Positions 1-10,429 of a stretch of 47,192 bases of DNA are shown in pieces. A program made the position numbers and the translations under genes. The notes under the pieces are model-generated. The model worked only from the letters and a program-made list of their open reading frames with translations. It made no database searches and was not told the origin of the DNA. The stretch covers positions 1 through 47,192 of the forward strand of contig JBOFXU010000262.1 in assembly GCA_051654305.1 (NCBI GenBank), given 5' to 3'. The DNA is from Bacteroidales bacterium. Lineage in GTDB: Bacteria > Bacteroidota > Bacteroidia > Bacteroidales > UBA7332. How positions within the stretch are numbered: the first letter of the stretch is position 1; each line of letters opens with the position of its first letter.

Positions 1-536
1 CTCTCCTGATAAAGAGATTCTGCCGAAATCTGACCATCCAGAATTTTCACACGGTCAACAATTGGCACACCTCCGTAGGTACGGTAAAGCATAAAGTAAT
101 AGTTTGCTCTCAATCCGTGAGCCTGTCCTAACAAGTAAGACTTCGTTGCGGTATCCAAAAACGAAACTTCGTTTACTTTTTGAATAAACAGATTCACCTG
201 AAGGATATTTGAGTACAAGCCATTCCAAGAAGAGATCCCTGTTTTGTCCTTAGTAAATGTGTTATCCTTAATCGGACTACTGTAGTCCAGGGAGGTATTC
301 TGAGACGAAGTCCCATTTTTCTGAGTTCCACCTCTGGCTTCACCCAACACAAAATACATGCTGTAAGAGCCGCGAAGTTGATTGTGCAACCCTACCATAA
401 ACCCTTTTACCTGAGCTTCTGAAGTCCAGAAGTTCCCGCTCCCGTAATAATCTTCCGGAGAAAGATCCAGCAGTGAGCCACAAGAGATGGCAAAAAACAG
501 CGAGAATAACGATATGATATATTTTATTGATTTCAT
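1..536 (-). CDS. SusD/RagB-family nutrient-binding outer-membrane lipoprotein, 5' part only (gene continues past the left window edge)
   Basis: Absent from the ORF track because it runs off the edge. Hand translation of the minus strand from ATG at 536..534 gives MKSIKYIISLFSLFFAISCGSLLDLSPEDYYGSGNFWTSEAQVKGFMVGLHNQLRGSYSMYFVLGEARGG...YYFMLYRTYGGVPIVDRVKILDG, open to base 1. It has a signal peptide plus lipobox (AIS|C). It starts 14 nt after the SusC-like stop, which is the canonical susC-susD order. Confidence 0.85.
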   Translation of the reverse strand, partial: MKSIKYIISLFSLFFAISCGSLLDLSPEDYYGSGNFWTSEAQVKGFMVGLHNQLRGSYSMYFVLGEARGGTQKNGTSSQNTSLDYSSPIKDNTFTKDKTGISSWNGLYSNILQVNLFIQKVNEVSFLDTATKSYLLGQAHGLRANYYFMLYRTYGGVPIVDRVKILDGQISAESLYQE

Positions 537-550
537 AGATAGTCCATTTT

Positions 551-3500
551 TTAGAATGATAGATTTAGTCCAAAAATTACAGATCTTGGAAGTGGATATC
601 CTCCATTATTATCTGATTGCTCCGGAGAGAATACTCCTTTTGCAGCAGTCAGGTAACCTAAATTCTGACCTGTTACTGAGAATTCCAAACGATTCACCTT
701 CGCTTGTTTTAGCAAAGAAGCTGGTAGTTGATACGCTAATGTCAGCTCACGAATAGCCAAATAGTTTCCTTTAAACATAAACTGGCTCGACTGTCTTGCA
801 TAGTTTCTCTTACCAAGCTGATCCGCCCATACGTAAGTTGGGTATTTCGCATTTGGATTCTCTGGAGTCCATGTATCTTTTGACTCTACCAATGAGTTAA
901 ATGTTCCTTGCATGTTACCCATAACCCATGGTGTTCTCCAGTCAACAACGGTAAAGCCTAAACCGTAGTCAAAACGTCCGTTGAATGATAGATTTTTCCA
1001 TTTCAAGGCTGAGGTAATACCTCCGGTCCAACGAGGAGTTTTATTTCCGATTTTAACCATATCGTAGTTATCGATAATACCATCGCCGTTCACATCTTTC
1101 CATTTTGCATCTCCGGGTTGAATTGGAAGTGCTGCTGCATATCCGTTACTTTTCACTTTCTGACTTTCCGGCAATTTTGCCCAAGCGTCAGGACCGTAAA
1201 GAATCAGACCATTACTACCATTGTTCCCGCTCGTTTTGTCGATCAGGTTTCCTGGTATTTCATCATAGCTTTTATAGACACCATCAAATTTAAATCCGTA
1301 GATCTGTCCTGGCTCTTGTCCTTCCTGATAACCACCTACCCAGATTAACTCTTTCGATTTTGGATCGTAAACCTGGTATGCTCCCTGACGGTTTCTTTCA
1401 AGTCCGTTGTTCGGTAATTTCTTGATGATATTTTTGTTGTATGCGATGTTTGCATTTACATCCCAGCTCCAGTCTTTCGAACGGATTACTTTAAAGCCAA
1501 GCTCAATTTCAACCCCCTGATTCTGGATCTCACCGTTATTCGAACGAATAGAAGTCAATCCCGAAGAAGCCGGCAACTGAATATTTGCATATTTCCCTTT
1601 TGTCAAACGGTTGTAATACGTGAAGTTTGTATTGATTTTGTTCTCAAAAAAGCTCACATCAAAACCAAGCTCATACGTTTGTGATTTTTCCCAACGAAGG
1701 AATGGGTTAGGAATGCTCGACAAAAGATAACCGATACTTCCATTGTATTTGTTCGATCCGTAGCTACCTTGTAGTTCATACGCCCCGATATTCGACACGT
1801 TACCATTCAAACCAAAACTTGTACGAAGTTTCGCAAATGAGATAACGTCTCTGGTTCCGCTCATGAAATCTTCATTTCCGACCAACCAACCTGCAGATAC
1901 CCCCGGGAAAACTCCCCAACGGTTTGCACCTAACAATCTTGAATATCCATCTTGACGAACAACTGCCGACAAAAGATATTTATTCATATAGTCATAGTTC
2001 ACACGAGCAAAACCGGAGAAGATTCTCTCTCTCTGGTGCCATGAGTCAATATTGCGTTTGTCTTTATCGCTTGTAGTCAGACCAAGATCGCCAAAGTCGT
2101 CTGTTGGTGCACCCGAACCCGAAGCTTTGAATCCTGTGATATATTTATCGTAATACTCGATACCTGCCAATGCACTCACCTGATGATCTTTCAGGAATTT
2201 CTGATCGTAGTTCAACACAACGTTGTACGTCTGATTCAACGAACGCTGAAATTCAGCAGAAGTGCTACGAGACTGACTGATATTACCCGGAGAAGCGAGA
2301 TAATCTTTATTGAATGACTCATAATTTCCTTCATCGTAATACCACGTACCTGCAATTTTCAAAGACAACGACTTCAACAGGTCGATTTTGAAAGATTGTC
2401 CGATCGTAAACTTATCTGTATTGTTTTTACGTGTAAATTTATCGATGTTCACCGCCTGGTTACCGTCTCCTGAGTTTACACCCAACAACAATTCACCATT
2501 GGCATTGTGTCCGCGCATTGTAGGAGGAGCACTTAACATTCTTGAGAAGTAGTTTGCTTCACTACTTTGTGTTGGTGGAAGTCCTTTCCATTTTGCATCA
2601 GCAAAAGAGAAGTTCGAGTATGAAGTCAACCATGAACGGATCTTGTAGTCTGCATTCAAGGTGAATGAAAGACGTTGGTAGTAGTTGTCCAATGGTAAAC
2701 CTTCTGAGTGGTTGTATCCTAAACCAGCATAGTAAGATCCTTTATCATTTCCCCCGTTGAAACTAACATTATAGTCTTGTGTTAGTGCCGGTGAATTGAT
2801 ATTGTTCTTAGCCATATCCCAGTTTTTGAAGATAATTTCTTTGCCATACACCGGATCAATCATTGTTTCCCATCCCTGACCTAACAAGAATGCCAAATCT
2901 TCGGTATAGTTCATCGGACTCCATAGCGCACGGTTGTCTTTGTTACCGTCCAATGCAATTGTTTTATTTGCATCTGCCCAATAAAGGTTACCTGTTCCGT
3001 AAGCTGTTGCTCCGTCTAATGAGTTAAGATTGGTGATACCTACCCAGCTGCCATCGTCTTTTTTGAAGATCTGAGCTGCATTTTGGTAAGCCGTTCTCAT
3101 CCAGTACAGATAGTCTCTGGCTCCCATAAACTCATAAGGATTGTTCATAAAGTTCAAACCAGCTTTTGCTTTTACGCTGATTTCGCTAACTCCTGATTTT
3201 CCACGTTTTGTAGTCACAAGGATCACCCCGTTATTTGCACGAGCACCATAAATAGCAGTAGCTCCTGCATCTTTCATCACCTCCATAGATTCAATATCTT
3301 CGGGGTTGATGTCGCTTAAGCTCTCTCTGAACTGTCCATCAACAAGGATCAGAGGAGAACCTGAACCGTCGAGATTCGTTCCACCGCGTAATACAATCGC
3401 AGGAGATGCTCCCGGATTACCAGAACTCTGAACGACACGTAAACCTGCTACAGCTCCGGATAGTGCTTGTGCAGGGTTAGAAAACACCCCTTTTGCAAAC

Positions 3501-3880
3501 ACATCTTCCTTCACTTTCGCGATGGAGTTCGTTGTTTTCGTACGTAACTGTTTTCCGCCGTAACCTGTTACTACTACTTCCTCTAATTGTTCAGAATCTT
3601 CTTTTAGTACAATGGTCAGATTCACTTTATCGCCTACCAGAACTGTACTGGGTGTATATCCCACGTAAGAGATTCTGATCTTAGCATTTGCACCTACTTT
3701 TAATTGGAAATTCCCATCAAAATCGGTTACTGTCCCATTCGTGGTCCCCTCTTCTACAACAGAAGCCCCGATCACGGGTTCTTTCTGCGCATCAAAAACG
3801 ACCCCTTTGATTAATTTACCCTGGGCATACATCGCCATGGATGTAATCATTAGAAAAAAAATCAATAAATGCTTTCTCAT
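551..3880 (-). CDS. SusC/RagA-family TonB-dependent outer-membrane receptor
   Basis: 1109 aa with a signal peptide (MAMYAQG). It has a carboxypeptidase-regulatory-like N-domain (KGVVFDAQKEPVIGASVVEEGTTNGTVTDFDGNFQL), a TonB-box-like EEVVVTGYG and a plug region (NPGASPAIVLRGGTNLDGSGSPLILVDG). A long beta-barrel ends in a C-terminal aromatic (LNLSF). It is followed by a SusD-like gene. Confidence 0.95.
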   Translation of the reverse strand: MRKHLLIFFLMITSMAMYAQGKLIKGVVFDAQKEPVIGASVVEEGTTNGTVTDFDGNFQLKVGANAKIRISYVGYTPSTVLVGDKVNLTIVLKEDSEQLEEVVVTGYGGKQLRTKTTNSIAKVKEDVFAKGVFSNPAQALSGAVAGLRVVQSSGNPGASPAIVLRGGTNLDGSGSPLILVDGQFRESLSDINPEDIESMEVMKDAGATAIYGARANNGVILVTTKRGKSGVSEISVKAKAGLNFMNNPYEFMGARDYLYWMRTAYQNAAQIFKKDDGSWVGITNLNSLDGATAYGTGNLYWADANKTIALDGNKDNRALWSPMNYTEDLAFLLGQGWETMIDPVYGKEIIFKNWDMAKNNINSPALTQDYNVSFNGGNDKGSYYAGLGYNHSEGLPLDNYYQRLSFTLNADYKIRSWLTSYSNFSFADAKWKGLPPTQSSEANYFSRMLSAPPTMRGHNANGELLLGVNSGDGNQAVNIDKFTRKNNTDKFTIGQSFKIDLLKSLSLKIAGTWYYDEGNYESFNKDYLASPGNISQSRSTSAEFQRSLNQTYNVVLNYDQKFLKDHQVSALAGIEYYDKYITGFKASGSGAPTDDFGDLGLTTSDKDKRNIDSWHQRERIFSGFARVNYDYMNKYLLSAVVRQDGYSRLLGANRWGVFPGVSAGWLVGNEDFMSGTRDVISFAKLRTSFGLNGNVSNIGAYELQGSYGSNKYNGSIGYLLSSIPNPFLRWEKSQTYELGFDVSFFENKINTNFTYYNRLTKGKYANIQLPASSGLTSIRSNNGEIQNQGVEIELGFKVIRSKDWSWDVNANIAYNKNIIKKLPNNGLERNRQGAYQVYDPKSKELIWVGGYQEGQEPGQIYGFKFDGVYKSYDEIPGNLIDKTSGNNGSNGLILYGPDAWAKLPESQKVKSNGYAAALPIQPGDAKWKDVNGDGIIDNYDMVKIGNKTPRWTGGITSALKWKNLSFNGRFDYGLGFTVVDWRTPWVMGNMQGTFNSLVESKDTWTPENPNAKYPTYVWADQLGKRNYARQSSQFMFKGNYLAIRELTLAYQLPASLLKQAKVNRLEFSVTGQNLGYLTAAKGVFSPEQSDNNGGYPLPRSVIFGLNLSF

Positions 3881-4241
3881 AAAATAGACATGAATTTATT
3901 CAGATACTTCTCTTAAAAAGATCCGTACCTCGCGGTTAATTTTAAAGTTTTTCGGTTTTAAACTATTTGTTTTTTCACATAATTAAATGATATACTTTGC
4001 ATGAGGTTTTTTCACAACAAAATACTTTATTATATTATTTTGTGCGAAAATATTTATAATTATAAAGATATGCAAGTAAACAGCAGGTTATTTTAGATAA
4101 AAAAGACATTTAGTGCGTCGATATAAAATATTACTTTAATTAATGAGCTTTATTAAGTTCATTTTTTTATTATTAAAAAAATGACATAATAGCCTCATAA
4201 AATGGTAATTTATAAACAATAAGGGGTGTCTGAGGGTGAAT

Positions 4242-4290
4242 AAAAAAAAAGAGGAGCTGACCGGATCCAAGCATATCCGGCAGCTCCTCT
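4242..4290 (-). terminator. Rho-independent terminator downstream of ppdK
   Basis: GAGGAGCTG(A)CCGG at 4251..4264 pairs with CCGGCAGCTCCTC at 4277..4289. On the minus strand the stem is followed by a 9-nt T run (A run 4242..4250 on plus). It lies about 50 nt after the ppdK stop. Confidence 0.8.
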
Positions 4291-4338
4291 TCGTTTTTAC
4301 AAGAAAAGAGTATTAACTGAAACTATTTAGAAAAACTG

Positions 4339-7113
4339 TTACATCGTCACGGTACTCACTTTCACCTGAGCACTCAATACTTCTGGTTGTTTGATTCCAT
4401 TGAGTGCTGCCTGTGCTGCTGCAACGCGGGCAATCGGCACACGGAATGGGGAACAACTCACATAATTCATATTTACAGTATCGCAGAATCCTACGGAAGA
4501 TGGTTCTCCTCCGTGCTCTCCACAAATACCTAATTTAATATCCGGGTTGGTAGAGCGGCCTTTTTCACAAGCAATACGCATCAACTGACCAACACCCTCC
4601 TGATCCAACACTTCGAATGGATCGTTTTTGAGGATTCCTTTTTCCTGATAAACTTTCAGGAATTTACCGGCATCGTCACGCGAGTAGCCGTAAGTCATCT
4701 GAGTCAGGTCATTTGTTCCGAAAGAGAAGAAATCGGCTACTGCCGCAATCTTATCTGCTGTAAGAGCGGCACGTGGCACCTCGATCATTGTGCCTACTTT
4801 GTAGTCTACACGACGACCTTTCTCTTTGAATACTTTCTCTGCGGTTGTATGGATCAGTTCCACCTGGTATTTAAGTTCTTCGACAACCCCTACCAGAGGT
4901 ACCATGATTTCAGGATGAACATCTTTACCTTCTGCCGTTACGGTAAGTGCGGCTTCGATAATTGCTCTTGCCTGCATTTCGGTAATTTCAGGATAGGTAT
5001 TCCCCAAACGGCAACCACGGTGGCCCAACATCGGGTTAAACTCTTCGAGGGAGTCGCAAGCGAGTTTTACCTCTTCGAGCGTTAAGCCCATCTCTTCGGC
5101 CAGCTCTTTCTGAGTTGCCAATTGGTGAGGAACAAATTCGTGTAGTGGTGGATCCAGCAGACGGATGGTCACTCCGAAGCTATCCATCGCACGGAAGATT
5201 CCTTCGAAATCGGAACGTTGCATCGGAAGGAGTTTCTTTAATGCCTCTTTACGTCCTTCTGTTGTTTTAGAAAGGATCATTTCGCGCATGGCTTTGATAC
5301 GAATGCCCTCGAAGAACATGTGTTCCGTACGGCAAAGTCCAATTCCTTTTGCTCCGAATTTACGTGCAACCTCTGCATCATGTGGTGTATCGGCATTCGT
5401 ACGAACATCCATACGGGTATATTTGGTACACAAATCCATGATGGCAGCGAAATCGCCGTCCAATTCAGCATCGCGTGTGGCAACTTTGCCTTCAAAGACT
5501 TCTCCGGTAGAGCCGTTCAATGAAATCCAGTCACCTTCCTGATATACTTTACCGCCCATTTCAACAGTGCGGTTTTTATAATCGATTCTAATTTCGCCGG
5601 CACCCGACACGCAACATTTACCCATACCACGAGCCACAACTGCTGCGTGAGAAGTCATACCTCCGCGTGCAGTCAGGATTCCTTCTGCGGCGTGCATACC
5701 TCTCAAATCTTCAGGAGATGTCTCGATACGTACCAATACTACTTTCTTGCGATTTTCGGCCCAGGCTTCTGCGTCGTCAGCAAAAAATACAATTTTACCT
5801 GTTGCTGCACCTGGTGAAGCAGGCAGACCTTTTGCGATAACTTTAGAGGCTTTTAATGCGGCTTTGTCAAATACAGGGTGAAGTAATTCATCGAGTTTTG
5901 AAGGCTCCATACGTTTCAATACGGTCTTATCATCGATGATTCCCTGACGAAGCAAATCCATGGCAATTTTAACCATCGCTGCTCCGGTGCGTTTCCCATT
6001 TCGGGTTTGCAGCAACCACAGTTTACCATCCTGGATCGTAAACTCGAGATCCTGCATATCTTTGAAATAATCTTCGAGTTTCTGTTGTGTCTGGATCAGC
6101 TCTCTGGCACACTCCGGCAAGGCTTCTTCGAGTGAAGGGTATTTGGATGCACGAACGTCCTCCGAAATGCCCTGCAAAGTAGCCCAACGACGAGATCCCT
6201 CGATCGTGATCTGCTGCGGTGTACGAATACCCGCTACAACATCTTCGCCCTGCGCATTGATGAGATACTCTCCATTGAAAAGATCTTCACCGGTAGAGGC
6301 ATCACGTGTGAAGGCTACACCTGTTCCGGAAGTCTGACCCATGTTTCCATAGACCATCGCCTGCACATTCACTGCAGTACCCCACTCTTCAGGGATCTGA
6401 TACATTCTGCGATACGTGATTGCACGCTCATTCATCCAGCTATCGAATACCGCACAAACGGCACCCCAAAGCTGTTCCCACGGATTATCCGGGAAGTCAT
6501 TACCTGTATTCTTTTTAACAGCCACCTTGAACAAGGCAACCAATTCTTTTAAATCTTCTACGGTTAGCTCAGTATCCAGTTCTACACCACGACGCTCTTT
6601 GATTTCGTCCATGATCTCTTCGAACGGATCTATATCTTCTTTTGTTTTCGGTTTCAGTCCAAGTACAACATCTCCGTACATTTGTACGAAACGGCGGTAC
6701 GAATCCCATGCAAAACGCTCATTTCCTGTTCTTTTTGCAATACCGGCCACCACCTCATCGTTCATACCCAGATTCAAAACAGTATCCATCATACCGGGCA
6801 TCGACACACGTGCACCTGAGCGCACTGAAACTAAAAGAGGGTTTTCTTTATCTCCGAATTTGCTTTTCATGAGCTGCTCGACAGATGCAATAGCTTGCTG
6901 TACGTCTGCTTTTAAAAAAGCGACTACTTTCTCTTTTCCTAATTGATTGTATTCTGTGCAAACTTCTGTTGTGATCGTAAATCCGGGAGGAACCGGCACT
7001 CCGATCAGATTCATTTCAGCCAGGTTTGCTCCTTTTCCACCAAGTAAGTTTTTCATCTCCGCACGACCTTCGGCTTTTCCGTTTCCAAAGGTGTACACTC
7101 TCTTTTTATCCAT
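4339..7113 (-). CDS. ppdK: Pyruvate, phosphate dikinase
   Basis: 924 aa. It has an N-terminal ATP-grasp signature (LLGGKGANLAEM), the phospho-histidine loop GGMTSHAAVVARGMG, and a C-terminal PEP-utilising TIM-barrel motif (GICGEHGGEPSS). Confidence 0.95.
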   Translation of the reverse strand: MDKKRVYTFGNGKAEGRAEMKNLLGGKGANLAEMNLIGVPVPPGFTITTEVCTEYNQLGKEKVVAFLKADVQQAIASVEQLMKSKFGDKENPLLVSVRSGARVSMPGMMDTVLNLGMNDEVVAGIAKRTGNERFAWDSYRRFVQMYGDVVLGLKPKTKEDIDPFEEIMDEIKERRGVELDTELTVEDLKELVALFKVAVKKNTGNDFPDNPWEQLWGAVCAVFDSWMNERAITYRRMYQIPEEWGTAVNVQAMVYGNMGQTSGTGVAFTRDASTGEDLFNGEYLINAQGEDVVAGIRTPQQITIEGSRRWATLQGISEDVRASKYPSLEEALPECARELIQTQQKLEDYFKDMQDLEFTIQDGKLWLLQTRNGKRTGAAMVKIAMDLLRQGIIDDKTVLKRMEPSKLDELLHPVFDKAALKASKVIAKGLPASPGAATGKIVFFADDAEAWAENRKKVVLVRIETSPEDLRGMHAAEGILTARGGMTSHAAVVARGMGKCCVSGAGEIRIDYKNRTVEMGGKVYQEGDWISLNGSTGEVFEGKVATRDAELDGDFAAIMDLCTKYTRMDVRTNADTPHDAEVARKFGAKGIGLCRTEHMFFEGIRIKAMREMILSKTTEGRKEALKKLLPMQRSDFEGIFRAMDSFGVTIRLLDPPLHEFVPHQLATQKELAEEMGLTLEEVKLACDSLEEFNPMLGHRGCRLGNTYPEITEMQARAIIEAALTVTAEGKDVHPEIMVPLVGVVEELKYQVELIHTTAEKVFKEKGRRVDYKVGTMIEVPRAALTADKIAAVADFFSFGTNDLTQMTYGYSRDDAGKFLKVYQEKGILKNDPFEVLDQEGVGQLMRIACEKGRSTNPDIKLGICGEHGGEPSSVGFCDTVNMNYVSCSPFRVPIARVAAAQAALNGIKQPEVLSAQVKVSTVTM

Positions 7114-7157
7114 AATTTTTCTGGTTAATTTAGACTACTTCTATAAAGGTATTTATG

Positions 7158-7189
7158 CAAATGTATAATTTCAGATTTTAAATTACAAA
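7158..7189 (-). promoter_or_regulatory. Candidate Bacteroides-type promoter for ppdK (-33 TTTG, 20-nt spacer, -7 TAcaTTTG)
   Basis: The minus strand reads cTTTG-taatttaaaatctgaaatta-TACATTTG. This matches the published Bacteroides consensus TTTG-N19-21-TAnnTTTG. The -7 box ends 44 nt upstream of the ATG at 7113. Confidence 0.55.
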
Positions 7190-7422
7190 GCATAAAATTG
7201 AGTTTTTTATGAAATAGATTGAATAATGTTCTACAACACAATTACACATGTTAAATAATAGCTCTATAACACATCTTGGGATAAATGAGTTGTCGGCAAT
7301 GTAAGATTTCTGATAAAAAAGACAAAAAAACCAAATATAACAGTTGCTGAATCGCAGGATAAAAGTCCGCATGGAGGAACAAATTTAGAGTTCTCCCGAG
7401 GGCTCAAATCCCGTTTTTTATG

Positions 7423-7430
7423 TAAGTTTG
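7423..7430 (+). promoter_or_regulatory. Candidate -7 box (TAAGTTTG) for the selenium operon
   Basis: Exact TAnnTTTG match 25 nt upstream of the selU ATG at 7456. No clean -33 TTTG was seen. Confidence 0.4.
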
Positions 7431-7455
7431 AGCGCGCTACAAAACAAACAGGAAT

Positions 7456-8475
7456 ATGGAACAAGATCTTTTGGTAAATGACTTTCTAAAGCTAAGTAAG
7501 GAAGGGGTAATTGTTGATGTCCGTACTCCGGCGGAGTTTAAAACGGGACACATTATTGGTGCTGTAAACATCCCTCTTTTCTCGGATGAGGAACGAGTGA
7601 TCATTGGCACGCTTTACAAACAGCAGGGGAAAGACACTGCGGTGGAGAAGGGTCTCGAATTTGTCGGTCCTAAAATGGCCGCTTTTGTAAAAGAGGCGAA
7701 ACAACTGGCTAAAGGTAAAACGATATATATCTACTGCTGGCGCGGGGGAATGCGCAGTGGCAGTATGGCCTGGCTTTTCCGCACAGCAGGCTTGAGCGTG
7801 AAACGACTGACCGGAGGATACAAAGCCTACCGTAGCTCTTTTGTGGAGGAGGTACTGAACCTTCCCTGGCAGATGCGTATCATCGGTGGACCGACCGGAT
7901 GTGGTAAAACTGAAATTCTTCATGAACTGACTGCCCGGGGGGAACAAGTGCTCGACATCGAGAAGCTGGCGAATCACAAAGGTTCGGCATTCGGATCGCT
8001 CGGACAGGAAGCTCAACCGACTACCGAGCATTTTATCAATCTTCTGCACCATGCGTTCCGCCAGTTTGATCCGGAGAGAATCGTCTGGTGTGAGGGCGAG
8101 AGCCATGCCATCGGGAAGGTATTTATTCCGAAAGAGTTATTTGAAAAGATGCAAACGGCTCCGTTTATCTATCTGACTCTTCCGATAGATGTCCGGCTGA
8201 AAAGGCTGGTGAAAGAGTATGGTGAGTTTACCACCGAACAACTTTCGGAATCGTTCCGACGAATCGAACGACGACTTGGCGGGCAACATTTAAAAGCCGC
8301 GATCTGTTATTTAGAAGAAGGTAATATTATTGAAGCTGCCCGAATCGGGTTGCATTATTACGATAGAAGTTATGATAAGGCGATCGAAGAAAAAAGAAAT
8401 GTAACCTGCCGGATGGAGGTTGAGACTGATGATCCCGAACAAACTGCTAACGAACTCTTGAAACTAAAACTCTGA
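7456..8475 (+). CDS. selU: tRNA 2-selenouridine synthase (rhodanese plus P-loop)
   Basis: 339 aa. The N-terminal rhodanese domain has the active-site loop YCWRGGMRSGS. It is followed by the Walker A motif GGPTGCGKTEIL. This architecture is typical of SelU/MnmH/YbbB, and the gene is the first of an operon ending in selD. Confidence 0.9.
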   Translation: MEQDLLVNDFLKLSKEGVIVDVRTPAEFKTGHIIGAVNIPLFSDEERVIIGTLYKQQGKDTAVEKGLEFVGPKMAAFVKEAKQLAKGKTIYIYCWRGGMRSGSMAWLFRTAGLSVKRLTGGYKAYRSSFVEEVLNLPWQMRIIGGPTGCGKTEILHELTARGEQVLDIEKLANHKGSAFGSLGQEAQPTTEHFINLLHHAFRQFDPERIVWCEGESHAIGKVFIPKELFEKMQTAPFIYLTLPIDVRLKRLVKEYGEFTTEQLSESFRRIERRLGGQHLKAAICYLEEGNIIEAARIGLHYYDRSYDKAIEEKRNVTCRMEVETDDPEQTANELLKLKL

Positions 8476-8480
8476 CATAT

Positions 8481-9083
8481 ATGAAGACAATTGATACTCG
8501 AGGTATGTTGTGTCCGGCTCCGCTGATACATACGAAACGTGCGATTAAAGATGCCCGCGAGGGAGAGATGCTTGAGGTGTTGCTGGACAACGAAACGGCT
8601 TGCCAGAATGTTGCTGCTTACCTGAAAGAGCTGGGTATAAATACGGATGTTGTGCTTAACGACAAAGTTCAGCATGTACGGTTCACTGTTCCTTCTCAGG
8701 TAGACCAAACGGTGGATGCTGCCTCTTTCTGTAATATTCAGGAGACCAGCAACTATGTGGTTGTGCTTAAAAGTCAGCTTATGGGCGAAGGGGATCCTCA
8801 GCTTGGGGCTTTGCTGATGCGCGCATTTATCAACTCTCTGAAGGAGGTGGATCAACTTCCGACTGCTATCATCCTCTACAACAGCGGGGTAAAACTTGCG
8901 GTGGACGGCACTGACACAGCGGCTTCCCTGGCTGAAATGGAAAATAAAGGGGTTACGATTGTTTGCTGTGGCACTTGTGTTGATTTCTACGAATTGAAAC
9001 CTATGATCAAAATTGGAGCAATCAGCAATATGTTCCGGATCACGCAACTTACCTCCAAAGCCGGAAATGTTGTCTACCCATGA
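8481..9083 (+). CDS. yedF: YedF-type selenium metabolism protein (TusA/SirA-like N-domain plus DsrE-like C-domain)
   Basis: 200 aa. It has the N-terminal CPxP motif ([16 protein letters not shown]) of the TusA/SirA fold and a C-terminal Cys cluster, VCCGTCVDF. It starts 5 nt after the selU stop, and its stop overlaps the next start (ATGA). Confidence 0.85.
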   Translation: MKTIDTRGMLCPAPLIHTKRAIKDAREGEMLEVLLDNETACQNVAAYLKELGINTDVVLNDKVQHVRFTVPSQVDQTVDAASFCNIQETSNYVVVLKSQLMGEGDPQLGALLMRAFINSLKEVDQLPTAIILYNSGVKLAVDGTDTAASLAEMENKGVTIVCCGTCVDFYELKPMIKIGAISNMFRITQLTSKAGNVVYP

Positions 9084-10207
9084 TTTCAGTCAACCGATAC
9101 TTTGATAATGCAAGCACCAGTTTCCCAAAACCCGGGGCGGTTGCCAAAGGTATAACGAGCTATTTATCGGAATGTGGAGGGACATACGGCAGAGCGGCTT
9201 ACCGGAGAGTGTTTGATGCGACTTCAATGGTGGAGCGTTGTCGGGATAAACTGGGTGAGATGGCCGGGTGGTCGGATACCGAACAACTTTTCTTTACGCC
9301 CAATGCTACCGTAGGGTGCAATACTCTGCTTCACTCCTTCCCTTTTCGGGAGGGTGATCTTGTTTTTGTATCTCCATTGGAGCATAATGCTGTGATGCGG
9401 CCGCTGAAGGAACTAAGCCGGAGATTTCATTTTGAAATAGGGATTCTGCCTCATCACCCGGATGGCAGAATAGATCTGACATTGCTGAAGGCTTTGTCCA
9501 GAGACCGGGTAGCTCTTGTGATTGTCAACCATCAGTCGAATGTGAACGGGGTGATTCAGCCCGTAGCCGAAATCGGCGATTGGTGTGGCGATGTTGTTGA
9601 ATACTGGATTGATCTCTCACAGTCTTTGGGTAAAACGCCTTGCCATCTGGACGAATGGAAAGCTGACGGGGCCTTTTTCACAGGACATAAGTCTTTGCTG
9701 GGTCCAACGGGTATCGGAGGGTTCATGTGCAGAAAGGCGAAAGAACGTACTCCTTTGATTTATGGGGGTACGGGGAGTAACTCCGATAGCTTTGAGATGC
9801 CCGATGAACTCCCGGATAAATTTGAAGCCGGCACTCCTAATATGGTGGGTATTGCCGGACTGCTAAGTGCTTTGGAGAACAGACCCGAGGCGTTGCATTC
9901 GTGTGCCGACTTTTACGAATTGCTGGATAAAATAGCTCAAAATCCGAAGCTCTGTATCTACTGTGCTGAGATGAAAGAAAATCAGGGAGAGGTGTTCTCC
10001 GTAGTTCACTGCGAACTGCTTCCTTCAGAGTTATCCGTGAAGCTCTATAAAGAGTGGGGAATTGAGACCCGGCAGGGGTTGCACTGCGCACCGCTTAGCC
10101 ATCAACATCTGGGTACTTTCCCCAACGGGACAGTACGCTTCAGTCTCTCTCCGTACCACACCTCAGCCGATCTGGCAGAGCTGGCGGAGATTCTCTTACA
10201 TATATAA
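9080..10207 (+). CDS. Class-V aminotransferase, cysteine desulfurase / selenocysteine lyase-like
   Basis: 375 aa. The N-terminus [12 protein letters not shown] is typical. The PLP lysine sits in [13 protein letters not shown] and the catalytic Cys in [11 protein letters not shown]. It lies between yedF and selD, as in the selD-linked desulfurase subfamily. Confidence 0.85.
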   Translation: MISVNRYFDNASTSFPKPGAVAKGITSYLSECGGTYGRAAYRRVFDATSMVERCRDKLGEMAGWSDTEQLFFTPNATVGCNTLLHSFPFREGDLVFVSPLEHNAVMRPLKELSRRFHFEIGILPHHPDGRIDLTLLKALSRDRVALVIVNHQSNVNGVIQPVAEIGDWCGDVVEYWIDLSQSLGKTPCHLDEWKADGAFFTGHKSLLGPTGIGGFMCRKAKERTPLIYGGTGSNSDSFEMPDELPDKFEAGTPNMVGIAGLLSALENRPEALHSCADFYELLDKIAQNPKLCIYCAEMKENQGEVFSVVHCELLPSELSVKLYKEWGIETRQGLHCAPLSHQHLGTFPNGTVRFSLSPYHTSADLAELAEILLHI

Positions 10208-10216
10208 ATACGACTA

Positions 10217-10429
10217 ATGGGAATATTCTTTCTATTTAAAAACACGCGTGCTGTCATCAAAGCCGAATCTCTCTGCCAGGTGCATGAGATTCGGGTAGAA
10301 GTAGTACCTGTGCCGGAGAAAGTGTCGTCCGAATGCGGAATGGCACTGAAGACCCACTCCGAAAACCAACAAACCCTTTGTGCTCTTCTTGAGCAGAATC
10401 AAATTGCTTTTTCGCTTTATGAAGAATGA
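10217..10429 (+). CDS. DUF3343-type small protein (putative Se/S carrier-like)
   Basis: 70 aa. The pattern FKNTRAVIKAESLCQVHEIRVEVVPVPEKVSSECGMALK matches my recollection of DUF3343 (hydrophobic start, conserved P-x-P-x5-CG-hAh). It overlaps the selD start by 11 nt. Confidence 0.75.
   Translation: MGIFFLFKNTRAVIKAESLCQVHEIRVEVVPVPEKVSSECGMALKTHSENQQTLCALLEQNQIAFSLYEE

Noticed and set aside
487-756. 89-aa plus-strand ORF spanning the susC/susD junction
   Set aside because: It is antisense to two genes with unambiguous family features. It is low-complexity and AT-rich with no promoter context, so it is a shadow ORF.
3881-4241. Very AT-rich 360-bp region upstream of susC (about 15 % GC in a sampled line), examined as a possible sRNA or riboswitch
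   Set aside because: No convincing conserved-looking structure, repeat or exact promoter box was found. Such AT-rich leaders are usual upstream of susC-like genes.
6416-6946. 176-aa plus-strand ORF, plus several 60-125-aa ORFs, inside ppdK
   Set aside because: They are Ser/Thr/Pro-rich antisense translations of a highly conserved gene with no independent signals.
7492-9047. 204-aa and 225-aa minus-strand ORFs opposite selU and yedF
   Set aside because: The sense frames carry the rhodanese, P-loop and CPxP motifs. The antisense products have no recognisable features and lie inside a tightly coupled operon.
10380-10418. GTG-initiated N-terminal extension of selD in the ORF track
   Set aside because: The extension (MLFLSRIKLLFRF) overlaps the DUF3343 ORF. 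The ATG at 10419 gives the canonical SelD N-terminus.
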